A program made the position numbers and the translations under genes. The notes under the pieces are model-generated. The model was given only the letters and a program-made list of their open reading frames with translations, was not told where the DNA came from and made no database searches. Below are positions 51,901-64,000 of a DNA stretch of 64,000 nucleotides, piece after piece. Positions within the stretch are counted from its first letter, which is position 1. Each line of letters opens with the position of its first letter. Origin of the DNA: Anthoceros angustus (taxonomy: Eukaryota > Plantae > Anthocerotophyta); contig VJWM01000068.1 of the NCBI GenBank assembly GCA_010909165.1, forward strand, positions 248,001 to 312,000, written 5' to 3'.

Positions 51901-53234
51901 GCTACTGTGTATTTCTTGTACACGCCCTGAGCATACACCACCCTTCCACTCGCCGCTTTTCAGCCTCCTTTCGCTACGCAGGTACCTACCCACCGCTCCG
52001 TCCATACTCTTCTGGGCCGCTTTACTTTCCGCTCATTCCAATTTAACATCATTTAGATTTATAAGTAGATTCATTTACTATATATTACTATTTCAGGGTA
52101 TATAATCTCATTTCTGCCTTCTACCTTCAGTTTAGCTTTAAACGAATCCAGACAATTTAAGTTTCATCTTATCTACCTATTTATTCTATTTCACTATTCT
52201 GACGAGCATCAATCCTTGGATATTAAATATACATTTTTATATTTTTTCTTCTTGATTATAATTGGAACATTTTTTATAGCGATGTGATTTCAGAGACTTT
52301 AAAGATATATCAAAGTTTACATCGAAGCCTAGCGCAAGGCTCTCATTCCTGAATAGCCCTATGGGGCTATTACAAGAGAGCGGCCCTGCACAAACGAGGG
52401 TATGATTTCATTCAATCTCTCAAAACAGAGTACACTGCAAATGAGGGTAAGATTTTATTTAGGCGGCCCCGTATGACCATGAAACAGGAGGGAGATGGAT
52501 AGCACCTCATCCTAGTATTGATCTGTCCATAGGGCGCTTAGACATACTTGGTATATTTGCTACGAATGCATAAACAAGTGCAGGATATTTCTTCATCTAT
52601 TGGTATTTGGGTACTTCATCTTTCCTTTTTTTTTATATATCGTAGGTACTCTCTAACAACTCTAGGTTCCATAGAACATAACTCTTTACGAAATTTTAAC
52701 TTGTATGTTCTTCTTTCACTGTTGATATCATTAGCACAGTAGGTCCCATAAAACATGAACTTTTTAGCGCCAGAATTTCAAAAAAAAAAAACATAAACTT
52801 CTCACATGCGTATCTTCTTTTTTTTGCTTTTAAGTTTGTTAGAGCATAACATTGTGGCCTCATTGTTCTAGAAAATACTAGATAAAATTATTACATCTAC
52901 TCATATACAATAAAATATGTTCCTACTTAATAATTTTGATTTCTTCAATAAATGACTAAGGTGCAATAAGAATGCCAATCGTGATGGCACTGTTGTTGAG
53001 GACGATTTCTAATACCTTTAGCAAAACACTTGTAATGTATGATCAAAACTTTTTAACAAAATTTGAAAGAGAGAGATATATTATATAGGTAGATACATAA
53101 CACAATGAAGCACACTTTGTAGCATTTTCTATCATTGATTGAATTCTTACACGATTTTAACACTTATTTTAAATAATTATATACATCCGTAGCAATTGTA
53201 GGAATTTTCGTCTAAAAAATACAAGCTAGATTGT

Positions 53235-53347
53235 GGCGGGAAAGCCTCTATGTGCGTGGGGAGGCTCTTGGAAGGTGATGAATTTTGCAAGGGTACATCC
53301 AGGTACCGGATCCATCCATCCGTTCGAGACGTCGTTCAAATTCCCGC
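53235..53347. promoter_or_regulatory. Two E2F-type sites upstream of HAT1/HAG2
   Basis: GGCGGGAAA (53235-53243, reverse complement TTTCCCGCC) and ATTCCCGC (53340-53347), 65-180 bp upstream of the ATG. A third GCGGGAAA lies in intron 1 (53553-53560). Consistent with an S-phase gene. Confidence 0.6.
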
Positions 53348-53411
53348 GACATATGTAGATCGTTTTGAACGTCGCGGACGTGGACGGCAAGCTTGTTGAG
53401 GCATTGTCGTG

Positions 53412-56065
53412 ATGAAGAAATCTGGAGGCAACCCGTCCGTGAAGTCGCCTTCGAAGCGGCGCAGAGTTGGTTTTCAAGCTGGTGAGTCTTCTGCTTCCTT
53501 CTTAGCAGCCGTGTTGGGTGGTGGCTGCTTTCCAAACTGGGACCTGCAGAATGCGGGAAAGTTGTGAAGAGCTGTTGCCTAACCACTTGGGTTTTTTTCC
53601 CTGTGAATTCTGCATGCAGAAGGAGAACCTGCGTTTGTGCTGGCCACTGACTGTATCAAGCTGCACTTAGGTTAGCCCTAATTCTGTCGTCCGGATTTGT
53701 CATGCGCGAGCCCTCGCGGAGATCTTGTGTGAAGGCTAGCTGGCGCAATGCTTGCAACCTGAATTGCGATGCTTGTTGTTGTGGCAGTCAGTAGTTCAGA
53801 TGATATGCTGGAGAAGGGCGCCTCTACGAGTGACGACTTGTCATTTTCTCCAGTGTATATCCATCAGTACTTTGGTGAAGATGCACGGATATATGGCTAC
53901 AGGGGTCTCAAGGTGTGTGGTGTAAGCCAGAAGCATTTGGGTTGTACTTATTTTCACCGTCCAGCGAGTTATGACATCTGAATTACATCATTTAGCAAAT
54001 GTGGATACCGTTGTGACAGATCGATGTCTGGATACATGCTGCTTCCTTCCACGTTTATGCAGAGATTCAGTTCGCAAGCAAAAACCAGGTGATGTGAATG
54101 ACCCATGCAGTGTCCTCCTTTTCAAGTCATTTCACCCAAGGTGAGGGCCCGAGCTGACATTGGCTGGACTGCTATTGTTTTTAAACGGTTCATCTTGCAG
54201 ACGGTTGCGCCTGGAAGGTTTACCACTGATATCCAAGCAAAGTTGCAGGTATGTCTGTACCTCTGGCTTTTTCCAGTTTTGCATTTGATCTTGACATCAG
54301 GTCATTGACCCTCATGATGAAACTTCAGGAGATGTTTAAGGTCGGTCTAGTCCAAAGCCGTGAAGATTTTATCAACAACTTCTCCGTCTACTCGAGTTCC
54401 TTCGAGTACGATGACATTCAACTGTGCTTTTGAGTTTGCATGTTCTTTTATACAAGCCTTTCATTGTTGTAGCGGTAGATAGCAGCTATTGGTGGACTTC
54501 ACCATCCATGTTTTCTACACTGTTCTAGCAACTCAGTACAATGTTCCTCATGCTGACAGGGAAATGAGAAAAAACCATGGAGAGCTTGTGGCAGATTTTC
54601 ATGAGCCAGATGTACCAGGAGATGAAGGAGGCAGTCATTCTGAGGTATTGAAAGGGTTTGTGTATTGCAGAGACAAGTTTTTTGAACTCCTCCTTCTTCT
54701 TGTTCTGTAAGTGTGTTTTTCTAGATATGATGCAAATCTCTCAAGGCAACTGACATGATGGAGTCCTTTTTGTAGATTGCCCGCTTCAAACTCTTGGATA
54801 AGGAAGTAAGGGAGTGGCAAGAACGAATGTCCTCACTAGCCTTGCTCTTTATTGATGGTAAGGGCAATTTTTGACCTTGCTTAAATTATTTTGTTTTGTC
54901 GAAAGTGACAGGCTGCCTGTGAATTACTGCTGCTGACCACTTGTACATGATCAGGAGCAAGTGCAATTGATGTAAAGGATCCACTTTGGGAAATATATGT
55001 TTGCATTCAGCCATTTTCAGAGAATCAGCCTAAATTTGCCTCTTCGAAGGTGATCGGATCGTCAACTGTTTACAACTTCTATCGTCATCCAGAGAGCACA
55101 AGGCTTCGTCTTAGTCAGGTCTAAAAGTGATGTACTACATCTGCTTGTCTTGATAGTTGCTATGATGCCTTATTCAAATGTCAGTAACACTTTCCATCGG
55201 CTGCATGCAGATTCTTGTATTACCGTCTTACCAGGGAAAGGGCTATGGGCGCCATCTGTTGGAGACTCTCAATGCCAGCGCCATTGAGAGGAATTGCTTC
55301 GATGTGACAATGGAGGACCCTTCTGAGTCTTTACAGACACTGCGGGAATCCATAGATGTCTTGCGCTTGATTTCTTTCGACCCAGCCAAGTCTGCATTAA
55401 AGGAAGCAATTTCACGAATACAGAGTCACATGGCGCACAGCATCTCCAAGGGGGAGAACGCTGTGGACAAGATTTCTGTAACAGGTGTTGGGGAGGGTGA
55501 TGTCACTGACGCAAAGCATGTACTTCTCCCTCCACTTTCTTTTGTTGAGTCTGCAAGGTCAACATTCAAAATATCTAAGACCCAACTGAGGCGATGTTGG
55601 GAGGTCCTCTTATACTTATGCTTGCACTCCACTGATGCGGCAGTGGAAAAGGTGTTCAAGCAGCTGCTTGTTTCGCGGCTGACATCTGAACTTGTGGGCA
55701 AAGTCAAGATAAACAAGAAGGGGAATCGGAGGAAGTGTGTTATTGACACATTCAATGAATATGGAAATGAACGAACCTTTGTTATGCTCCCAGTCCTCCC
55801 TGAAGAAGCAGAGGCCATTTTCAAGGCACATCGTGGTGATGATGATGAGAGCATGGAGTTTGAAGAGCCTTCTGGTGAAGAAGAGGGTAAACCAGATCCT
55901 GCACAGGTGACGGAGGCTGTGGAGGCACTACTGAAGGACAGAGAAGAAGAACTTGAGACTGTTGCCAGAAGAGTGTGTCTGAGGTGTAAGAGTAGAGGTG
56001 ATGATCAGTTAGGTAGGATTGATGCTTCCCTTTTCCTGAAGGCAAATTTCCTGCTTGAGCGATAG
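53412..56065 (+). CDS. HAG2: Type-B histone acetyltransferase HAT1/HAG2 (541 aa); exons 53412-53481, 53620-53670, 53788-53912, 54020-54088, 54201-54248, 54329-54405, 54560-54644, 54776-54857, 54955-55118, 55211-56065
   Basis: KRRRVGF, FGEDARIYGYRGLKIDVW, LLFIDGASAID, RLRLSQILVLPSYQGKGYG (GNAT motif A), DVTMEDPSESLQTLR. Ten phase-consistent GT-AG exons. Confidence 0.95.
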
Positions 56066-56317
56066 GTGATGTCACACTGGCTGCTGACTGATTCAGGGAG
56101 TGCATGAGCTCTAGAGAAACTTGTACAGTACACAGTATTTGATAGCTGACAGTCAATACTCCAACGTCTGCATAGTGCCAGTGCACTGGACAGACTCGCA
56201 TTGAACTTACAGGAGCTTTGTGCAAAGCTAATAACTCACTTGTCAGGAATTTTCTTCGTTTGGTGGAAGACCAGCCTAAGGCTCCGGCTCAGGTATTTAC
56301 TAGACCAGCCTCCGCAT

Positions 56318-56427
56318 AGCTCCTGCGCAGGGATTTGCTTCCTGTTGTGGAAGAGATCAGCAGAGAGCTCCTGCGCAGGGATTTGCTTCCTGTTGTGGAA
56401 GAGATCAGCAGAGAGCTCCTGTGCAGG
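56318..56427. repeat. 48-bp tandem repeat x ~2.3 downstream of HAT1
   Basis: AGCTCCTGCGCAGGGATTTGCTTCCTGTTGTGGAAGAGATCAGCAGAG starting at 56318, 56366 and 56414. Confidence 0.9.
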
Positions 56428-58487
56428 AAATGTCTAAGTTACTTTATGAAGAGATGTTACCAACAATTAGGTGCTTATCAGCCACTCAAGTCGTTGGAAC
56501 TTGGATGTCGATGCTGGAAATACCTGGTCCTCGAAAACAACATGTGCCTGCGACCGCTCTGGCTTGCTTTCCCCGGATGTGACTCTTGCAGTACCACACA
56601 ATGTACATAGGGACCTATTGAATTCCCACCCGCTCACACAGGCTCTGGTAAGTTGCTGTCCGCCTCCACAGTCATGTCTGGTGGCTATCTTGTCATACCA
56701 CTCAACAGCTTCCTTGCTACCTAGGTCTTCAGTCGTACTGGAATTTTGTAAACAACCCTCTCACGACGTACTTACACACATCCCTCAGGCGACCTCCACG
56801 GTGACCACCCATGAAGAATCCCCAAAAGCCCATAACAAATTTGATTAGAGGCGTTGAACACTACATTCATTGAAAGTACTGGTGAGAGAAGGATGGGGAG
56901 CGTCCTCCCTTGAGGAGCCGCGGGTCCATTGGAACTCCACGGTCGAGCACCCTTGAGTCGGATCCCACTAGGGATGGGGTGTTTTCATCCTGTTGTGAAA
57001 AAGCTCTACTGGGCCGCCTGCTTTCGTGCATCGTGCTGATTTGAGACGAGGATGTGAGCTTTTGTGCATCATCACGACCGGGGGGCCTTTGGAATGTTGA
57101 CAACAGCTTTGAAATGGGTGTGCAGTAGAGAAAAGTTTGAAAGGACGAGTCTCTCACATCGCTTGTTGGTTGTAGATCGGCAGATCATATGAGGCACACT
57201 CTTGTGTCATACCATAGAGACGGAGAGAATCTTTCCTGCTTCTACCTATCAGGTATGGGCCTCTGCTGCCTCTCATGCCTCTTATGGCTACGCTGTCTCT
57301 AATGCTGAACGATCTGCAGGACGATTATCTGTGAATTTTATTGGTGGTATGCGGCATGGTTGTCATGTTCAAAAATCTAACTAGTTACTTGACCAACAAA
57401 ATCTAAGATATTGCCGATAGAGTTTGCTACGGCCGCAATCGACTCGACCAAGACCAATGTGGGGCTCGAACTCCGATTTCGCTGCAACATCTGTCTTCCA
57501 ATATTGAAAGACAAGTAAGATGCGTCCCTCTTACAGTACAGCTAGTTTCATCTCCCTACCATCACGCATGCGCGTCCCAAAACTGCAGAAATAGAGCTAC
57601 CGGAAAGTCCTAACAGTAAATGTTCGGTATAGCGGCCAGCGTGCGGCATGCCAAACGAGGGTTGTCATGTTCAAAAATCCCCGCATATGGAGGATCGATT
57701 TTTACAATATCGGTTTTTCTACTCTTTCCGTCGGGAAAATTTGAAATTTTGGCAGAAAAGCCCAAAACCCACGAATAACCCTAGTAAAGAACTACCTAAC
57801 ACCACCCCTTTCGAAAGATGGCATGGTAATAAACCCAGGATCTCTCACCTCTGGGTCTTTCAGAAGTCCAGCTTTTGCTCACATTGCCGATGGATTCGCT
57901 AGAAGTGGGATGACAAAGGTCGCAAGCTGCTCTTCATCGATTACTCCAATCAGGTCGCCTACAAACTTTTCGACCCACTCTCCTGAGAGGTACTCCTTTC
58001 CCGCAATGTTCACTTCAACGAAGCTCATCTTTTCCACACTTACCTTCATTCCTCAACCACTTCTGACCCTCTACCTGCACCTAGCATCTACGGCCCTTCT
58101 TCCTCACTTGAGTCCCCTCTCGACCTGGAGGGGACCACACATTATGACCTTCCAGTATCCGAATTCTTTCAAGCTCCAGAGGTAACTCACCGCACCTCAA
58201 ATTGCTCCTCAAAGAACCCACGCCCACACAACCAGTAGACCAAGACAAACACAACCGATCTGCAAAACCGGTTCCATCCCAGGTAAGCCAACTCATCCCT
58301 GAGCAACCAGACATCATCCTTCCTGAAGTACATCCACCGGATTCCCAACCTAGCCCATCCTTAAGGCTAAATGATGCAAGTCCAATTGCGCGTGAAGGTT
58401 GCTGGCTATCATCACGTTGACTAGCTTGAGTATCACCCCCGATGGATGCTCTCTTCGAAGTGCGTCCTCATCATTGATCCATACTAA

Positions 58488-59030
58488 CCCCCTTGGTATG
58501 TCTTTATACCCTATGGTCTGAGGCGTTCAGCTCTGACAGCCAAGTCGCGCGAGTTATGCATCTCCACATCAGCCCCTTATATCATGCTATAAACATAAAT
58601 GATTTCAAGTGAGTAGTTCTGACTTCGTTGGAGTAGTAGCTAGCTAGTCCATTTGTACTTCTAGGCCTACTTGTCCTTGGCCTTGATGATTGCTTGCAAG
58701 CAAGCTAGAATATCTCGATAAAACTAATGATATTACAAGTTAATATGATCCAAAGATAAGAATCTAGTTCACCAAAGATAGAAGGTTCAAGCCCTATTCT
58801 ATCATAATTGATATAATTCGCAAAGCAACAAATTGCTTACATTTGCAAGTAATTATACAAGGAAGTGTTAGGGAAAAAGGCCGTTTGTGGTGACAACAGT
58901 GATGTGAGTGCTATATCAACGGAGTGCTAAGTTTGGGAGATGTTTAGTCGTGTAGCAGGCTTTTTAGAAACGAAATACCTCGGAAATAGAGGAGGGGTGT
59001 AGTCTTAATTTGTATAAAGACATCAATGGG
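58488..59030. mobile_element. ~540-bp non-coding insertion with terminal inverted repeats, nested in Copia (piggyBac-like MITE or solo LTR)
   Basis: ATGTCTTTATAC (58498-58509) is the exact reverse complement of GTATAAAGACAT (59012-59023). Outer ends CCC...GGG are flanked by CTAA and TTAA. Confidence 0.55.
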
Positions 59031-60841
59031 TTAAGGCTCCTCGTGAAGTGATAGAACCACCTTTCACTTTGACGGTCCACAAGCTATTGGCCACCAAGTC
59101 ATGAATGGAGGAATCCACCTTCAATTCCGCAAGATTCTTTCACTTGTCCAACGCTCACTTCGACTCAAGAGATACCTGCCAGCTTTCAAGTAGCCAACTC
59201 GAGCATGCCCTATAATGGAGAGCTACTGTCAAGTCTAAGTACAACTCGCTGATACTAAATAAGACATGGAAGCTCACAGACTTGCCATCCGGAAGATAGT
59301 CAATTTCGTGCAAGTGAACATTCACGAGAAAGCTAAACCCTGACGGGACTGTAGCAAGGTACAAGGCACGCCTTGTGGTTCGCGGTTTCACCCAGGTGCC
59401 CAACTTTGACTATGAAGAAAATAAGTTGTTTAACCTTAAGGTGAAATCGACATCGATAAGGATTATATTGGCCTTTGCTTCACAACACCACCTACAAGTA
59501 CACCAGGTTGATGTAAAAACGGCATTCCTCTATGGTACCCTGCACGAGGACATCTATATGCTACGACTACCTGGTTTCGTGTAAGACCCCATGAAGGTAT
59601 GCAAACTTTTGAAATCCATAAACGGGCTCAAGCAATAAGCGTAGGTATAGAACAAAATCGTAAACTTTTATCTGCGGTTTCATTCTATTCACCTCAGACA
59701 CTAGTGTGTACCTCCTCAAGGACAAAAACAGATTTATCATCATCACGCTCTATATGGACGATAACTTCATTCAGCAATGACATATCTTCCGTCCAATACG
59801 TAAAAGACTTTCTTTTCAAAGAGTATAATGTGGTAAACATCGAACCCCTTCGATTTGCCCTCAGAGTGCAATTCGAATACAACCTGGCAAACCACTCATA
59901 CTTCATACACCAAAAGCATAAAGGACGCAAAGCCGATGTCAACTCTAATAGCAATAGGAGATAAGGTCTCTGCCGAAGACTGTCCGACAACATTAGAGGA
60001 ATTACAAGAAATGTCTCAAGTGCCTTACAACGACTCTTCTACTTGTCCATCTGGACAAGACCCGATATCCCTCAAGCTGCGCACATCACTTCAAAATTTA
60101 TGTCCAATCCTGGACGAGCTTATTGGATCAGTGTGAAGCGAGTGTTCCGCTATCTCAAGGCAACAAATCCCTCAGATTAGCATACAGAGGTAACTCTACT
60201 AGCAGATCCAATCGAAGATCAGTTCTAGCCCACCGATTTATTCTGCCATAACCAATCTGCAATAGCAATGACACACAACCCTATATTTCACGCAACGATA
60301 AAGCATGTGGAGATGCAACACCACTTCATCCGCCAACTAGTCCCATACAAGCAGGTTCTACTGCGCCATGTCAACACTTCAGACAACATCTTCGATCTTC
60401 CGACCAAGCGACTCTTGAAGCCCCTACACGATTCAACTCGCGAGTCACTTGATCTTAGCTGTGAGTGAAAGGATTGAAAGTCTCGCGGAAGTGCATAGGG
60501 CCAAAGTAGAAAAGTCGGAGAGGAGGTGTTCTCATTCAATTGTACAGCAAGCTTGCCATTGCATCAGTGTGGAGGAGTTCTTGATGGCAACTTTCCAACC
60601 ACTTCCACATGATGAAGAAGAAGGTGGATGATTTGGCGGTGTTGATGAGGACGGTTGCCGCGGTCTGGTAGCTCCTCAAGTTGAAGTTAATGCCGCTCAT
60701 CCTCCACCTCCCAGATAAGCATCGATGTTGAGCAGCACTATATACTTAACATCAGGCTAAGGAATAGTTGGATGCAAGCATGAGAGATCGACGCCATGAA
60801 TTTTGAAGCCAGGATATTGGCAAATCCGCAGCGAGAGGGAG

Positions 60842-61120
60842 TGTTGCAGCAGTCTAGTGGTTTAGCGCTTGCAGATCAGATCAGAAGTTTAGGTCACGTT
60901 TCGTATTAAATCATAACTTAAGCCTAGGCGTGCATTTCAATTATGAACACCAATTGCAAAATCATAGATGAGCAGTCGCAACCAGACTCGTGTATATAAA
61001 CCTTCCTGTTGTATAACGTTCTGCAATCGTTTGGTGTTTTCACTTGTAGCTACAAGCTGTTGCTCTTCTTCGAGAAATGTGTGCAACTTTTGTTCCCAAT
61101 TTTATGAGGTCACTGCAACA
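60842..61120 (+). repeat. 3' LTR (279 bp) of the second Copia
   Basis: TGTTGCAG...CTGCAACA perfect 8-bp inverted ends, immediately after the PPT, with TATATAAA at ~60993. Confidence 0.85.
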
Positions 61121-63577
61121 ATTTGAGAAGCCACATCTAATTTTAGCTCACACCAAGCAGAAACTTGCGATCAGGCCGAACTCCTCGTTGGGCATTCCAT
61201 TATTGATGAATGTGATCTTGTGTGGACCAAGGTGATGTCCACTTGTCACTTATGATGCAAAGCTAATTACTTGAATATTGTACTTGGTTAGGATTTCTGA
61301 TGTATAGCAATTCTATGCAGTTTCAAGCTTTGAAGGAGAGACATTTTCAAGAAATGCAGTATGTGATGAGCATGCTAACACATAAGAGTGATAAGTTAGT
61401 TCCATTTCATCCTTTCCCTCCTTTTGCCTCTCCCTCCCTATCCTCTTCTGCCCTCCATGCCCTCCATGTTGCTGATGCAAGGGTTGGTATATATGGTAAG
61501 TGCTGCAGGCAGAAAACCACTTGAAGCTGTACCACTGCAAACTTCTTTAGCAGATGATTGTGAATTTCTTGTTGCCAAAGCATAAAGTGAGTTGAACATG
61601 GAGGAGATTGAAGTGTTAGACAGGAAAATCGGTCAAATTATGGACTTATATAAGGGAAAGAAGAAACTATCGCAAAATGGAGGCGAGTCCTCTCTTTAGC
61701 CCGTAGAGGAGAAGGCTACTTTGGTGATGTTGAAGGTTGAGCCAATAGACTCGACGTTAGACCAAGTTGTGCATCCCCAAGAAGCTGAGAAGCAGTAGGC
61801 AGAGCAAGGAGTTCACCTGTCTGTAGTAGGACGCCTACGGAAGTGGCTGGTCAACGGGATTAGGGCTAGCCTGGATTGCCCGGTCACCGAAGTCAGGGGT
61901 CTGCGTGCAATTGGAAGAAATCTATAGCGGTTCTTCCACTTGTAGTGGTTCAATACTTCGGTGTTCAGATGTCAATCTTGCTGATCACAGTGCACACCAC
62001 TGCCAGCCAGCCAATGGTTTATCATTCCCAGCCTCTTAATATTCCAATATGGATTGCTTTCTCTTCCTCAACCAGGTCTGTCATTGACAAACTTCAAATT
62101 GCAGGCTATTATCAGTTTTGTGCCTACAACTTATAATGTGCAATATTCTTGCCAAAGCTATCCAATAAACGGATGCAAAGTGAGAGCTTGGGATTATTCT
62201 GAGATTGACAAGAATCCGTTGTTGTGTATGCCTTTTGCTAATGAGTGGATATTTGCCATTTGAAGCCCTGTTAGTAAGAAAGGATATAGGATTTTCGATG
62301 CAGTAGCAGTGAACTTCCCTGCAAAATAATACAACAAAGGTATGCTAATTTACCCAGCCAGGTTCTTCAGCTCGGGAGTTGGTTTGAGAAGTGCAGGGTT
62401 AACAGTTGACAGTAGCCAGTGCTTGGCAATGGCAAGGATGGCCAATCTTCAGGATAATGGCATTTAAAAGTATGTGAACGTGTATTGCACCCCAAAAACT
62501 ATCCGAGGGGGAATGATAAACGCAAGTTAGTAACCTATCCCTGGCCAACACAATACCCATTCGATTTTTACTTGTAACATTTATTGCGGAGAAGGTGTTC
62601 ACCTCAAACACACTCTTCAACAAACCACCCGGTGTCAGCAAGTACATGTTGCATACTAGAGGTTGCCTCCGTGGTCTCCGTGTGACCCTGTGTGATTAGG
62701 GCACATAACACCTCTTTAACGGACTGTCTTAGCGGACTGTTTGCGGAACTGTCTTAACTGTCTGTTTGCTACCAGAATTAATAGCCTATCAGGATGAAAT
62801 AGTGATCTCAGTTTCCACGTTAGACAAATGAACGGCCGGAGCGAAGAATCTGGAGTGGAGAGACGGTAATTTTGAAAACTGCGAACTCGCGCTGGCTCTC
62901 GGACGCTGAAGTGTCGAGGCCAGGGAATGCGGTGACCGGAGACTTCTCTTTGGGACTCAACTGCGGCTAAGATGCAGCTCCGGCCCTGCTTCCTGTGGGA
63001 TAACTTCATAGCAGTCTCAATTTCTTCTCAATCACTTAGTGTCGGTTCAGAGCGTTCAGCTGCACTGAACGTGGGAGACTTGATATTTAGTGTGCGAACT
63101 TCATCCCGGTACCATGGACCTATTCCGCCCTTCACACCAGGTCGAATTCTCACCCTTTGACCGCATCTCCGCATACTTTTTGTCAACATTGCTGCTGATC
63201 ACAAGGGCCTCGATAGTTTTGTACACCTCCTAAAGCATAATCCTATTGTCCAAAGGCAATTGCAGCCACAACAGGTCACAGGTTGGTAAGATTGCCCAGC
63301 TGCGGGGGGATGCGTCCCGCTAGTTCCTGCGAGTTCCCTTGAAGTTAAGCCACTCTAAACCCTTGGCAAGGTTCCCGATGGCATGGAAGCGGGGATGCTG
63401 CCTTCGAACAAGTTGAAACTGAGGTCCAAAACCTAGAAACTTGTGCTGGCATTGTCGGGAAAGCTTCCTTGCAAACTGTTCCCCGAGAGATTCAAGGAGG
63501 TGAGCAATGGCATGGAGAAGAGCAGACAATGTTGATTCTATGAGCAGACAATATGGCATCACGCCCACAGTGGATCT

Positions 63578-64000
63578 ATATTGTCTGCTCATAGAATCAA
63601 AGTACGCTTGCCCCTTGCTCACTAGACCTGTATGACTGCATACTGTTAGAAAACTCAGAAACATGACGCCATCTGGTTGTATGCCATCCTGTCTCATGCT
63701 TACGAACAGGTCAAAGACCTCTTTACTGAGTCCTTGACGTGTGTATCCTGCGACCAGTGCTCTCCAGGTGATAATCTTCCTTTTGGGCAACGCATCAAAC
63801 ACCTGCTGGGCATCAACCATGCTCCCAGCCTTTCCGTACATGTTTATCAAGCCGCTGGCTATAAGCACATCATCTTGAAGGTATTGTACTTTAATATGGG
63901 CGAGTAGCTGCCGTCCCAGGTGCAAAGCTGCTAAATTTGCGCAAACTTGCAGGAGGCAGACAAATGGAATTGAGTCAGGTGCAACAACACCTTCTTGCAT
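63578..64000 (-). pseudogene. PLS-PPR paralogue of the 27442 gene, 3'-truncated in the L2 motif; continues beyond the window end
   Basis: FVCLLQVCANLAALHLGRQL, GLINMYGKAGSMVDAQQVFD and LTVCSHTGLVSKGQAYFDSMSRQY align with the intact paralogue. PPR similarity ends at the fold-back inversion. Confidence 0.8.

Larger units (their letters stand above)
57785..61120 (+). mobile_element. Decayed Ty1/Copia fragment (integrase C-terminus, RT, RNase H, 3' LTR); different family from the first
   Basis: TPFERWHGNKPRISHL; YKARLVVRGFTQVPNFDYEE; VHQVDVKTAFLYGTLHEDIYM; HNPIFHATIKHVEMQHHFIR; PPT GAGAGGGAG at ~60832-60841. Confidence 0.88.

Noticed and set aside
37400-52100. Many long ORFs (100-245 aa) in the GC-rich flanks
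   Set aside because: They are low-complexity translations of microsatellites, overlap on both strands, and show no domain motifs.
57345-57785. hAT-like MITE (repeated GGTTGTCATGTTCAAAAATC, TAACCCTA end)
   Set aside because: TIR match is poor and there is no 8-bp TSD.
61320-61700. MED15-like exon remnants (FQALKERHFQEM, EEIEVLDRKIGQI)
   Set aside because: Similarity is impressionistic; it would need a profile search to support.

Overview
Eukaryotic land-plant nuclear DNA with short GT-AG introns and about 50% GC. The 'PGQSWW' PG-box of its PLS-PPR gene suggests a hornwort-like bryophyte (inference). Left to right: (1) a frameshifted bacterial-type beta-class N4/N6 DNA amino-methyltransferase (~300-925); (2) a 5'-truncated Ty1/Copia element with an internal 3.1-kb tandem duplication and a 3' LTR; (3) an 11.5-kb mosaic tandem array carrying four partial copies of an unusual receptor-like kinase (R-type/ricin-B lectin-like + DUF642-like + TM + RD kinase); (4) a PR-10/Bet v1 gene and a deleted paralogue; (5) a small spliced gene of unknown function and a 26-bp minisatellite; (6) a PLS-E+ PPR editing-factor gene; (7) an 845-bp tandem duplication; (8) a 6-exon D-type cyclin in long GC/SSR-rich flanks; (9) a 10-exon HAT1/HAG2 histone acetyltransferase with E2F sites; (10) a second decayed Copia with a nested TIR element; (11) a PPR paralogue broken by a fold-back inversion. 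The main candidates for novelty are the TE-neighbouring amino-MTase, the RLK ectodomain architecture, and eight direct-orientation junctions with 6-11-bp microhomology. Those junctions, and many frameshifts in repeats, could be assembly or sequencing artefacts.
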